A stretch of 40,618 nucleotides of DNA from Candidatus Woesearchaeota archaeon. Its GTDB lineage: Archaea; Nanobdellota; Nanobdellia; Woesearchaeales; UBA10107. The DNA lies in NCBI GenBank assembly GCA_016935155.1, contig JAFGRQ010000013.1:1-40618 (forward strand), written 5' to 3'. Of this stretch, positions 6,800 to 15,154 are shown piece by piece. The position numbers and the translations under genes are program-made. Below the pieces are notes generated by a model. It was not told the origin of the DNA. It worked only from the letters and a program-made list of their open reading frames with translations, and searched no databases. The number at the start of each line of letters is the position of its first letter. The stretch's first letter is position 1.

Positions 6800-8455
6800 A
6801 TGATGGATTTGGGGGCTTGTTTAAGATATTATAAGAGGACGGATATACAGAAGGCCATGCTCCAAGCCGCCCAAGACAGGGAAGTTTCAGTAAGATATTT
6901 GGACGGCGGATTTGGAAAAAGACCCGATATTTTAGAAAATAATTCTGATGTTATTGAAAATGTAAAGCAAAAAGCAAGCTCATTTCATTGTTCTGAAGAA
7001 ATTTGGGTAAATCCTATGCAAATTTCAACAGGAATGAAAAAAGATGAGTTAATCAAGCTCAGAAAAGGATGGGATTTGGTTTTGGATATTGACTGTCCAA
7101 TCTGGGAATTATCAAAAATAACAACTTGGCTTTTTATTGAAGCATTAAAAGCTCACGGCATCAAATCGATAAGCCTAAAATTCTCGGGAAACAAAGGATT
7201 TCATATTGGAGTTCCATTCAAATCATTCCCAAGCATCGTTCCTGGAAAAGATATTCCAATCAAAGATTATTTTCCGGATGGACCGAGAAGAATTGCGGCA
7301 TATTTAGTCAATTACATCGAAAAAAATCTTATCAAAACAGACGACAACACAATTACATTCGGAAACAAAGTAAAATATACATTTGACGAACTCATGAAAA
7401 TTACAGGTAAAAGCCTTTCTGAACTTACTCACCTTGAAAGAAACGGAAAAAGAGTAAAGTCAGAAAAAGTTATTGAAAAAAACAAATATGAATACATGTG
7501 CAATCTGTGCGGGCATTCTGAAACAAAAACAGAATACAGAGAATATATTCCGTGTTCAAAATGCAGCAACACGTTTGTAAAACCTCTTCAGACAAATCAA
7601 ATCAATTCCAAAAAAGAAGCAGGAATTATTGAAAGAAAGTTTGATGCACTTTCTGTTGTTGAGGTTGACACAATTTTGATTGCTCCGAGGCATTTGTACA
7701 GAATGGTTTATTCATTGCATGAAAAATCAGGATTAGCAAGCATTCCTATTGACCCATCAAGAATATTGCTGTTTGAAAAAACAGAAGCTAACCCCGATAC
7801 ACTTCAACTGTCAAATCTTGTTTTCCTGGATGATTCTAAAACACTGCATGGAGAAGCAGAAAACCTCCTTGTTAAAGCTTTTGATTTTAATCCAATTATT
7901 GAAAATGAGGAGGAAGAAAGAAGGATTAAAGGGGCATTCAGCAAAGAATTAACAGAACAAATTACCCAAAAAATACCTGAAGAATTATTCCCTCCGTGCA
8001 TAAAACTTCTTTTGCAGCCATTGACTGACGGAAAGAAAAGAGCAATGTTCATTCTTCTCAATTTCATGCAGTCTGTTGGATGGAATTATGATGAAATGAA
8101 GGAAAGAATTGAAGCATGGAATAAAACACACCCAGAACCTTTGCGTGAAAATCTGATTTACACTCATTTGAATTATCACAAGGTGCAAAACAAAGTTCTT
8201 CCTCCGAACTGTCCTAATTTTGCGACAGCACAGTATTACAAAGACATGGGGGTTTGTCGCCCAGATGGGCTTTGTGCGAGAATTAAAAATCCTGTTCAAT
8301 ACGCCAAGAAAAGAGCTTGGATATTGAATCAAGAACTTAATAACAGCAAAAAAGGAAGGAAAAAAGAAGACAAGAAACAACAAGGAAACAGAAAGGAAAA
8401 AACAAGCAAAGAACAGCAAAATGGAATTTCAGATAAACTCGATTCAAGAGCTTGA
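6800..8455 (+). CDS. priS: fused archaeo-eukaryotic DNA primase: PriS catalytic domain plus PriL-CTD-like Fe-S domain
   Basis: AEP motifs LVLDIDC (DxD) and FSGNKGFHIGVPF (SGxxGxH). Internal zinc knuckle CNLCGHSE...CSKCSN. C-terminal helical domain with PPCIKLL...PPNCPNF...GVCRPDGLCARIKNP (4 Cys, PriL-CTD-like). K-rich tail. Confidence 0.85.
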   Translation: MMDLGACLRYYKRTDIQKAMLQAAQDREVSVRYLDGGFGKRPDILENNSDVIENVKQKASSFHCSEEIWVNPMQISTGMKKDELIKLRKGWDLVLDIDCPIWELSKITTWLFIEALKAHGIKSISLKFSGNKGFHIGVPFKSFPSIVPGKDIPIKDYFPDGPRRIAAYLVNYIEKNLIKTDDNTITFGNKVKYTFDELMKITGKSLSELTHLERNGKRVKSEKVIEKNKYEYMCNLCGHSETKTEYREYIPCSKCSNTFVKPLQTNQINSKKEAGIIERKFDALSVVEVDTILIAPRHLYRMVYSLHEKSGLASIPIDPSRILLFEKTEANPDTLQLSNLVFLDDSKTLHGEAENLLVKAFDFNPIIENEEEERRIKGAFSKELTEQITQKIPEELFPPCIKLLLQPLTDGKKRAMFILLNFMQSVGWNYDEMKERIEAWNKTHPEPLRENLIYTHLNYHKVQNKVLPPNCPNFATAQYYKDMGVCRPDGLCARIKNPVQYAKKRAWILNQELNNSKKGRKKEDKKQQGNRKEKTSKEQQNGISDKLDSRA

Positions 8456-8831
8456 ACAGCTCAGCGAAAAAGTAACTTGGCAGTATTTTGAGAAGCTGGT
8501 TGCTTATGTTTTTGAAGAAAATGGTTTTGAAGCAGAGCAAAACAAAGTTATTGTTTTTAACAATGACAGAAGGCAGTTTGATGTTATTGCAAGGAAAAAT
8601 GGTGAAACTTATTTGATTGAGTGCAAGAGATGGAAGTCGAGAGCTGATTCTATGTCTGCATTAAAAAGAGCTGTTGAAACTCATCTTGAAAGATGTTCAT
8701 TTTATTCTGAAGCAACCGGCGAAAAAGCAATTCCTTTGCTTGTTTCTCCATTAAAAGGAATGCCAGAACAGCACGAGGACGTGTTTATTGTTCCTTTACT
8801 GAGTTTGAATTGGTTCTTGAATAATCAATAG
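8421..8831 (+). CDS. small Mrr-cat / restriction-endonuclease-fold (PD-(D/E)xK) protein
   Basis: WQYFEKLVAYVFEENGF...FDVIARKNGETYLIECKRW matches the Mrr-type D...ExK core. It overlaps the primase 3' end by 35 nt. Confidence 0.6.
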   Translation: MEFQINSIQELEQLSEKVTWQYFEKLVAYVFEENGFEAEQNKVIVFNNDRRQFDVIARKNGETYLIECKRWKSRADSMSALKRAVETHLERCSFYSEATGEKAIPLLVSPLKGMPEQHEDVFIVPLLSLNWFLNNQ

Positions 8832-8850
8832 AAACAACAGAATGAAAAGA

Positions 8851-8858
8851 TTTATATA
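8851..8858 (+). promoter_or_regulatory. TATA box of the arsR-nifS-iscU operon
   Basis: tttatata lies 23 nt upstream of ATG 8881. Confidence 0.5.
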
Positions 8859-8861
8859 CAA

Positions 8862-8883
8862 CATATGAATTTCAATTCATATG
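8862..8883 (+). promoter_or_regulatory. 10-2-10 perfect palindromic operator candidate
   Basis: catatgaatt-tc-aattcatatg sits between the TATA box and the ArsR start codon, and includes that codon. Confidence 0.55.
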
Positions 8884-9180
8884 AAATGCTATGCATATGA
8901 TGCTTTTTTTGAAACTATAGCCAATAAAACCAGGCTTGAGATGATCGATGCTCTAAAAGACAAGTCCATGTCTGTGAGCGAGCTCTGCAATACGCTGAAT
9001 CAGGAACAGAGCAAAATATCTCACAATCTAAAAATACTTACTGATTGCAGAGTTCTCTATGTGAAGAAAAAAGGAAAGCAAAGAATTTACTCCGTAAATA
9101 AAGAAACAATTCTTCCGCTAATTAAATTAGTTGAAGAACACGTAAGAAAAAACTGCAAAACTTGCAGCAAAAGAAAATGA
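8881..9180 (+). CDS. ArsR/SmtB-family winged-HTH transcriptional regulator
   Basis: ETIANKTRLEMIDALKDKSMSVSELCNTLNQEQSKISHNLKILTDCRVLYVKKKGKQRIYSVN. C-terminal CKTC motif. Confidence 0.85.
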   Translation: MKCYAYDAFFETIANKTRLEMIDALKDKSMSVSELCNTLNQEQSKISHNLKILTDCRVLYVKKKGKQRIYSVNKETILPLIKLVEEHVRKNCKTCSKRK

Positions 9181-10328
9181 TTTATCTTGATAATGCAGCA
9201 ACAACTAAAGTAGATTCTAAAGTAGTTAAGAAAATGCTTCCTTATTTTGAGAAAGAGTTCGGAAATTCTTCCTCAATTCATGAAAGAGGTCTTAAAGCAA
9301 AAGAAGCTCTTGAAAATTCGAGAAGAATTATTGCAAATTCTATAAATGCAAATCCAAAAGAGATTTATTTCACTTCTGGAGGAACTGAATCAAATAATTT
9401 AGCGATAAAAGGGATTGCTTTTGCAAGCAGAGATGCAAATAAAGAAAACAATCACATAATTACAACAAAAATAGAGCACAAATGCGTAATGGATGCTTGC
9501 AAATGGCTTGAAACACAAGGATTCAGAGTCACTTATTTGAACGTAAATCAAGAAGGATTTATTGATTTAAAACAACTAGAGGGCTCAATAACAAAGAACA
9601 CAATTCTTGTTTCAGTTATTCACGGGAACAATGAAATAGGAACAATACAAGACATTGAAGCAATTGGAAAAATATGCAAGAAACATGGTGTTTTATTCCA
9701 TTCGGATGCGTGTCAAAGCTTTACAAAAACAGAAATTAATGTTGTAAATCAAGGTGTTGATTTATTGACAATTAATGCTCACAAAATACACGGACCAAAA
9801 GGAATTGGAGCTTTGTATATTAAAGAAGGAATAAAAATAACCCCCTTGAATCATGGCGGTGGCCAAGAAAGAAATATTCGTTCTGGAACAGAGAATGTTC
9901 CAGGAATTGTTGGATTTGCTGAAGCTGTAAAAATTGCAGACAAGAAAAACATTCCAAAAATGGAAAAACTAAGAGATGAGTTGATTGACGAATTGTTAAA
10001 AATAAAAGGAACAAAGCTAAATGGCCCAAGAAATAACAGATTGTGCAATAATGTTAATATATCGTTCAAAGGAATTGAGGGAGAAGCAATTGGAGGAGAT
10101 TTGAATGACAATGGAATTGCATCTTCAACTGGTTCTGCTTGTGCTGAAAGAAATTTAGATGTAAGTTATGTTTTGACAGCAATTGGATGTTCTCACGAAG
10201 AAGGAAATGGTAGCTTAAGATTAAGTTTAAGCAAATACACAACAGAAAAAGAAATTCAAACTATTTTGAAGGTCATGCCAAAAGTTGTACAGAGATTAAG
10301 AAGCATATCTCCGTACGGGAAGGTGTAA
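9177..10328 (+). CDS. iscS: cysteine desulfurase (NifS/IscS class V aminotransferase)
   Basis: MIYLDNAATT, SGGTESNN, the PLP-lysine context NAHKIHGPKGIGALY, and the active-site loop SSTGSACAE. ATGA overlap with the arsR stop; the track start 9162 is 15 nt upstream. Confidence 0.9.
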   Translation: MIYLDNAATTKVDSKVVKKMLPYFEKEFGNSSSIHERGLKAKEALENSRRIIANSINANPKEIYFTSGGTESNNLAIKGIAFASRDANKENNHIITTKIEHKCVMDACKWLETQGFRVTYLNVNQEGFIDLKQLEGSITKNTILVSVIHGNNEIGTIQDIEAIGKICKKHGVLFHSDACQSFTKTEINVVNQGVDLLTINAHKIHGPKGIGALYIKEGIKITPLNHGGGQERNIRSGTENVPGIVGFAEAVKIADKKNIPKMEKLRDELIDELLKIKGTKLNGPRNNRLCNNVNISFKGIEGEAIGGDLNDNGIASSTGSACAERNLDVSYVLTAIGCSHEEGNGSLRLSLSKYTTEKEIQTILKVMPKVVQRLRSISPYGKV

Positions 10329-10329
10329 A

Positions 10330-10704
10330 ATGTATTCAGAAAAAACATTAAACAGATTCAGAAAACCGAAGTTTTCAGGAGAAATGAAGAAAGCAGATGC
10401 TGTTGGAGAAGTTGGAAACTTCAAATGCGGAGACATAATGAGGATTTATTTGAAAGTTAAAAATAACATAATTACAGACATTAAATTCAAAACATACGGC
10501 TGTGTTGCTGCAATTGCTTCAACAGACATGATTTGCGAGTTAATTAAAGGAAAAACGATTGATGAAGCCAACAAATTAACATCAAAAGAAGTTGTTAAGA
10601 AACTTGGAGACATGCCTGCGGTTAAAATACACTGTTCTGTTCTTGGATTGAATGCACTGAAGGAAGCGATTGGGAATTACAAGAAAAAACACAAGAAAAA
10701 TTAG
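10330..10704 (+). CDS. iscU: IscU/NifU-like Fe-S cluster scaffold
   Basis: Three ligand cysteines in canonical contexts: FKCGDIMRIY, YGCVAAIAS and HCSVLG. Confidence 0.9.
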   Translation: MYSEKTLNRFRKPKFSGEMKKADAVGEVGNFKCGDIMRIYLKVKNNIITDIKFKTYGCVAAIASTDMICELIKGKTIDEANKLTSKEVVKKLGDMPAVKIHCSVLGLNALKEAIGNYKKKHKKN

Positions 10705-11369
10705 TTATTCAGTATTGCCGTAGCTGCAATCGCTGCAGTCTCAATCCTTAACGTATTTTTACCAACAGATGCTTTGACAAATCCTTCTTTTTCAGCCAAA
10801 ACAATCTCTTCTGAAGTAAATCCGCCTTCCGGGCCAATTAAAATCAAAGTTTTTCCTGATTTTTGTGTTAATTTTTCCTCTCCGTGCATCAAAATTATTT
10901 TATTTTCGTATTTTTCTTTAATTACAGAATCAAAATTAGTTAATTCTTTTATTTTAGGAATAAAAGCTCTTTTGCTTTGTTTGCAAGCTTCCAAAACAAT
11001 TCTTTTCATTCTCTCAATCTTATTCTCTCCCGGTAAAACAACAGAATGTTTTGTTTTCATTAAAATAATCTCAGAAACATTCAATTCCGTTAATTTCTGC
11101 AGTAAAAAATCAAATCTGTCTCCTTTTGGAACGGCTGTTGCAACAATTAAATTAGAATCATCTGCAACTTCTTCTATTTTCTCAATCTTTATTTTGTTTT
11201 TATCAACGATATTTCCAACACCAATTGTTCCTTTCCCATCAAAAACAACAATTTTTTCGTCAGAATAATGCCGTTTAACTTTCAAATGCCTTGATTCATC
11301 ATCGCTCAATTTAATTACTCCTAAAGAAACATTCTCTGAATAAAACCAATCTAGTTTTTGAAAGTCCAT
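10701..11369 (-). CDS. rsmE: RsmE-family 16S rRNA m3U methyltransferase (SPOUT)
   Basis: LIGPEGGFTSEEI and LGKNTLRIETAAIAA C-terminal signature; N-terminal PUA-like RHLKVKR. Confidence 0.75.
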   Translation of the reverse strand: MDFQKLDWFYSENVSLGVIKLSDDESRHLKVKRHYSDEKIVVFDGKGTIGVGNIVDKNKIKIEKIEEVADDSNLIVATAVPKGDRFDFLLQKLTELNVSEIILMKTKHSVVLPGENKIERMKRIVLEACKQSKRAFIPKIKELTNFDSVIKEKYENKIILMHGEEKLTQKSGKTLILIGPEGGFTSEEIVLAEKEGFVKASVGKNTLRIETAAIAATAILNN

Positions 11370-11405
11370 GTTAAACTAAAATGAATCATCAATTAAAAAC
11401 CTTTC

Positions 11406-11990
11406 TTAGAACGAATCTCTTGGAAAACGGACATCCTGAACAATTCTTCCTCCGTATATTGAGTACATTATTCCGTTAACCATTGCAAGCTTGTGTCTGC
11501 TATGCAGCAAAGGTTTATTGTCAAATCCGAGAATAGTGTACTGCACCGGTTCTTTTGTTTTTACAATTTTAAGTCCAGACTTAGTCAAGTGAGCCTCGAC
11601 AAAGCCGTTTCTTCCGAGAATGTTTTTCATTTCCTCTTCGTTCAGCATCTTAATTAGGTCAAATCCTTTTACAGCATATGACTTGAATGTTTTATTATTG
11701 TGGCCGTGAATGGCAACTAAATCTCCGTTTTCATCAACAAATGTTGCATTGCCATGTTCAATCTCTTCCCTAAGCTTTTTTCTTCTGTCACAGAAAGCAC
11801 CATGAACCTCAACAACATATCTTGTGCCGTCTTTGTGATGGATTTCTGGCTTGTAATTTTCTTCATATTTTAGATTCCACAGATGCCGAAGTCTCTGTGT
11901 CAAATCTCCCTTGAACAGAAGTTCCATTGAGTTTATTATCTCATTATTTGTAGGTTCTCTTGCCATTGTTTGTACATCTTCGAGGGCCAT
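11406..11990 (-). CDS. hypothetical protein, 194 aa, no recognisable motif
   Basis: Clean ORF with protein-like composition. The palindromic TATA tttataaa (12016-12023) lies 26 nt upstream of ATG 11990. Confidence 0.6.
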   Translation of the reverse strand: MALEDVQTMAREPTNNEIINSMELLFKGDLTQRLRHLWNLKYEENYKPEIHHKDGTRYVVEVHGAFCDRRKKLREEIEHGNATFVDENGDLVAIHGHNNKTFKSYAVKGFDLIKMLNEEEMKNILGRNGFVEAHLTKSGLKIVKTKEPVQYTILGFDNKPLLHSRHKLAMVNGIMYSIYGGRIVQDVRFPRDSF

Positions 11991-12104
11991 GCAGTATTTT
12001 TGGCCTTCTGACTCCTTTATAAACCTTCCTATTATGTTCTACAACATATATATTACAGCCCACAAGTCCTGTTTCTACTAGATAGAACTCCTCGAAACAC
12101 AACG

Positions 12105-12112
12105 TTTATAAA
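12105..12112 (+). promoter_or_regulatory. TATA box of the ribosomal-protein supercluster
   Basis: tttataaa lies ~124 nt upstream of the rpl3 ATG. A second TATA-like ctataaat is at 12133-12140. Confidence 0.45.
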
Positions 12113-12141
12113 TCACCCCTTGCGCAAATTTACTATAAATG

Positions 12142-12220
12142 GCATTTGAAGCGATTCAAATGCATCAGAGCCTGGAGATGGACTTCTTCAGTACGAACAA
12201 AATATGTTCTGCAAGAAGTC
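12142..12220 (+). promoter_or_regulatory. structured 5' leader of rpl3 (two hairpins)
   Basis: Perfect 9-bp stem gcatttgaa/ttcaaatgc with a GCGA (GNRA) loop at 12142-12163. An 8-bp stem gacttctt/aagaagtc (12181-12188/12213-12220) has an inner gaac/gttc helix. Confidence 0.45.
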
Positions 12221-12235
12221 GTTGGCTCGTTAAAA

Positions 12236-13222
12236 ATGCCGAACAAAAGACAACCAAGACACGGATCCATGCAAGTGTGGCCTAGAAAAAGGGCTGCAAG
12301 GGCTTATCCGAGGATTAGGGGCTGGGCAAATTCATCTGAGAAAAAGGCTCTCGGTTTCGCAGGATACAAAGTTGGAATGACTCACGTTCTTATCGTTAAC
12401 AACGTCAAGGCATCAAGAACAAAGGGAGAAGAGATTTCTGCTCCGGTCACAATCATCGAATGTCCGCCATTGAAAGTTGCCGGCATAAAAGTTTACACAA
12501 ATACATCTTATGGTTTAAAACCAAAGACTCAAATAAATGCAAAAAATGTTGACAAAGAACTTGTCGAAAGAAAAATTTCAAACCCAAAAAAACACAATGA
12601 AGAAAATCTGGCAAAACTAACAGAAAAAGATTTTGATTCCCTTTCTCTTGTTGTTTATACGCAGCCAAAACTTATCAATCTGAAAAAGAAGCCCGAAATT
12701 TTTGAAATTTCGATAGGCGGTTCTAAAGAAGACCAGCTCAGCTATGCAAAAGAAAAATTAGGGAAAGAAATTGCTGTCAGCGATGTATTTGCTGAAGGAA
12801 ATCAAGTCGACATACATTCAGTAACAAAAGGCCACGGATTCCAGGGTCCGATGAGGAGATTTGGAATTACAAAAAGAAGGCACAAGTCGGAAAAATCAAT
12901 CAGAAACCCGGGTTCTCTCGGTTCCTGGTGCGGTCAGGGGCATTACATGTATAGAATTGCGCACGCCGGCCAGCACGGATATCATACAAGAACAGAATAT
13001 AATAAGCAAATTCTCAAAATCGGAGATAAACCTGATGAAGTAAATGTAAGCGGAGGATATCTCCATTATGGAAACGTAAAAAATCACTTCATTATGCTAA
13101 GAGGTTCTGTTGGCGGAACTGCAAAAAGATTAATTAGATTCAACACAGCAACAAGACCCAATCACAAAATAACAAAAGAAGCTCCTCAAATCACATTCAT
13201 TAGCACAGGTTCGAAACAATGA
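12236..13222 (+). CDS. rpl3: 50S ribosomal protein L3 (uL3)
   Basis: MPNKRQPRHGSMQVWPRKRA..GYKVGMTHV..GHGFQGPMRRFG. The track start 12146 (TTG) adds a non-homologous extension. Confidence 0.93.
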   Translation: MPNKRQPRHGSMQVWPRKRAARAYPRIRGWANSSEKKALGFAGYKVGMTHVLIVNNVKASRTKGEEISAPVTIIECPPLKVAGIKVYTNTSYGLKPKTQINAKNVDKELVERKISNPKKHNEENLAKLTEKDFDSLSLVVYTQPKLINLKKKPEIFEISIGGSKEDQLSYAKEKLGKEIAVSDVFAEGNQVDIHSVTKGHGFQGPMRRFGITKRRHKSEKSIRNPGSLGSWCGQGHYMYRIAHAGQHGYHTRTEYNKQILKIGDKPDEVNVSGGYLHYGNVKNHFIMLRGSVGGTAKRLIRFNTATRPNHKITKEAPQITFISTGSKQ

Positions 13223-14172
13223 AACTGAAAATTGTTGATACACACAAAATAGAGAAAGGTTCTAAGGAACTTCCTATCCAGTTTTACGAACCGGTAAGAG
13301 ATGATGTAATCAGAAAAGCAGTTTTAGCAATTGAATCTCTGGAAAGACAGCCGTATGGTGTTAGCCCGAGAGCAGGAAAAAGACATACAGTCTGGGTTTC
13401 GAAAAGAAGAAGAGACTACAAAGGAAGTTACGGACATGGAATTTCCAGAGTTCCAAGAAAAGTCATGAGCAGATCTGGAACACAGTTCAACTGGGTTGGT
13501 GCAGAAATGCCTGGAACTGTTGGAGGAAGAACTGCTCATCCGCCTAAAGCAGGAAAAATCGTTGCACAGAAAATAAACGAAACAGAAAACAGAAGAGCAA
13601 TAAGAAGTGCAATCGCTGCAACAGTTCAGCCGGACTACATAAAATCACGAGGTCACAAAATACCGAAAGAATTCCCATTTTTAGTTGACAGCAAAATCGA
13701 AGGAACCGTAAAAACAAAAGATGCTGCCCGAATTCTTTCAACTCTTGGATTTTCTGAAGAACTTGAAAGAGCTTCAAACAGAACAATAAGAGCCGGAAAA
13801 GGAAAAAACAGAGGAAGAAGATACATAAAAAAGGTTGGACCGTTGCTTGTTGTTTCTAAGAATTGTTCACTCATCAAAGCGGCAAGAAACATTCCGGGGG
13901 TTAAAATAGTTCCTGTAAATGCATTGAATGCAAAGGTTCTTGCTCCAGGAACTCATCCTGGAAGATTGACTTTGTGGAGCGAAGCTGCTGTAGACGAACT
14001 CGCAAATCAAAATCTTTTCATGGAAAATTACAAAGGAGAAACCCAAATAAGAGAAAGTAAATTTGAAATCAACAAAAAAAAGAAAGAAGCTCCTAAAAAA
14101 GAAGTTAAAAAAGAAACAAAAGCAAAACCTACAGTAAAAAAAGCAGAAAAAGCTGTTAAGAAGGCGCAATAA
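13219..14172 (+). CDS. rpl4: 50S ribosomal protein L4 (uL4) with K-rich C-terminal tail
   Basis: PRAGKRHTVWVSKRRRDYKGSYGHGISRVPR. Operon position and ATGA overlap with rpl3. Confidence 0.92.
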   Translation: MKLKIVDTHKIEKGSKELPIQFYEPVRDDVIRKAVLAIESLERQPYGVSPRAGKRHTVWVSKRRRDYKGSYGHGISRVPRKVMSRSGTQFNWVGAEMPGTVGGRTAHPPKAGKIVAQKINETENRRAIRSAIAATVQPDYIKSRGHKIPKEFPFLVDSKIEGTVKTKDAARILSTLGFSEELERASNRTIRAGKGKNRGRRYIKKVGPLLVVSKNCSLIKAARNIPGVKIVPVNALNAKVLAPGTHPGRLTLWSEAAVDELANQNLFMENYKGETQIRESKFEINKKKKEAPKKEVKKETKAKPTVKKAEKAVKKAQ

Positions 14173-14432
14173 TGGAAATACAAGAAGTAATCAAAAGACC
14201 GGTATCGAGCGAAAAATCAATCAGAGCCATGGAATCGGAAAACAAACTTGTATTTGCTGTGCACTTGAAAGCTACAAAAGCACAAATAAAGAAAGCCATG
14301 GAAAGCTTGTTCAAAGTAAAAATAGAAAAAATCACAACACACATAACTCCACAGGGAGAGAAGAGAGCATATGTAAAGTTCGGAGCAGAAACTCCTGCAA
14401 TAGATATTGCTACTCAATTAGGATTGATGTAA
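14172..14432 (+). CDS. rpl23: 50S ribosomal protein L23 (uL23)
   Basis: IKRPVSSEKSIRAMESENKLVFAVHLKATKAQIKKAMESLF; operon position. Confidence 0.92.
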   Translation: MEIQEVIKRPVSSEKSIRAMESENKLVFAVHLKATKAQIKKAMESLFKVKIEKITTHITPQGEKRAYVKFGAETPAIDIATQLGLM

Positions 14433-14433
14433 A

Positions 14434-15147
14434 ATGGGAAAAGATATCATTGCACAAAGACGCGGAAAAGGTTCCCCCAGATACACGGCTCTTAGTTTCA
14501 AATTTGTTGGAGAAGCTGCACATAGAAAAATAAGCAAACAACCAGTTTCTGGAAAAGTTGCTGATATTGTGCACTGCCCTGGACACAGCGCTCCTCTTGG
14601 AATGATAAAATATGATGATGGAGAAGACTCAATCATGATTGCCCCCGATGGATTAAAAGTGGGAGATGAAATTGTTTCTGGAAAAGAAGCTCCTGTTTCA
14701 TTGGGAAATGTTCTTTCGCTCAGAAATATTCCGGAAGGAACAATAATCAGCAATGTTGAGAGCTGCCCTGGAGACGGCGGAAAATTCGCAAGAAGCTCGG
14801 GAACATTTGCAAAAGTTGTTGCAAGAACTGAAAAATCTGTAAAAGTCCTTATGCCTTCTGGAAAAGAAAAAGAATTAAATCCGGACTGCAGAGCTCAAAT
14901 AGGAACTGTTGCTGGTTCTGGAAGAACTGAAAAACCATTCACAAAAGCTGGTGCAAAATACCACGCAAGACATGCTAGAAATAAAATGTATCCTACTGTT
15001 TGCGGAGTTTCAATGAACGCAGTTGACCATCCATATGGAGGAAAATCATCACACCATAAAGGAAGACCAACTATTGCAGACAAGAACGCTCCGGCAGGAA
15101 GAAAAGTCGGTAAGATTAGACCGAGAAGAACAGGATTCAGGAGATAA
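14434..15147 (+). CDS. rpl2: 50S ribosomal protein L2 (uL2)
   Basis: [33 protein letters not shown]. Confidence 0.95.
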   Translation: MGKDIIAQRRGKGSPRYTALSFKFVGEAAHRKISKQPVSGKVADIVHCPGHSAPLGMIKYDDGEDSIMIAPDGLKVGDEIVSGKEAPVSLGNVLSLRNIPEGTIISNVESCPGDGGKFARSSGTFAKVVARTEKSVKVLMPSGKEKELNPDCRAQIGTVAGSGRTEKPFTKAGAKYHARHARNKMYPTVCGVSMNAVDHPYGGKSSHHKGRPTIADKNAPAGRKVGKIRPRRTGFRR

Positions 15148-15154
15148 AGATAAA

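Noticed and set aside
7749-8540. ORFs 7749..7952 (+), and 7804..8067, 7985..8419 and 8337..8540 (-).
   Set aside because: They are shadows of the primase gene and its K-rich tail. The composition is F/L/S-rich, and they conflict with a strongly supported CDS.
10774-11268. 164-aa plus-strand ORF.
   Set aside because: It is an antisense shadow of rsmE. It has low-complexity S/F/I-rich composition and no start context.
12146-12235. N-terminal extensions implied by the track starts of rpl3 (12146), rps19 (15023), rpl14 (17913), rpl6 (20557), fen1 (30506), tyrS (36451), htpX (6600) and endA (28217).
   Set aside because: The extensions use TTG/GTG and overlap upstream genes or lie upstream of the TATA box. 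They add non-homologous residues ahead of canonical N-termini such as MPNKRQPRHGS and [10 protein letters not shown].
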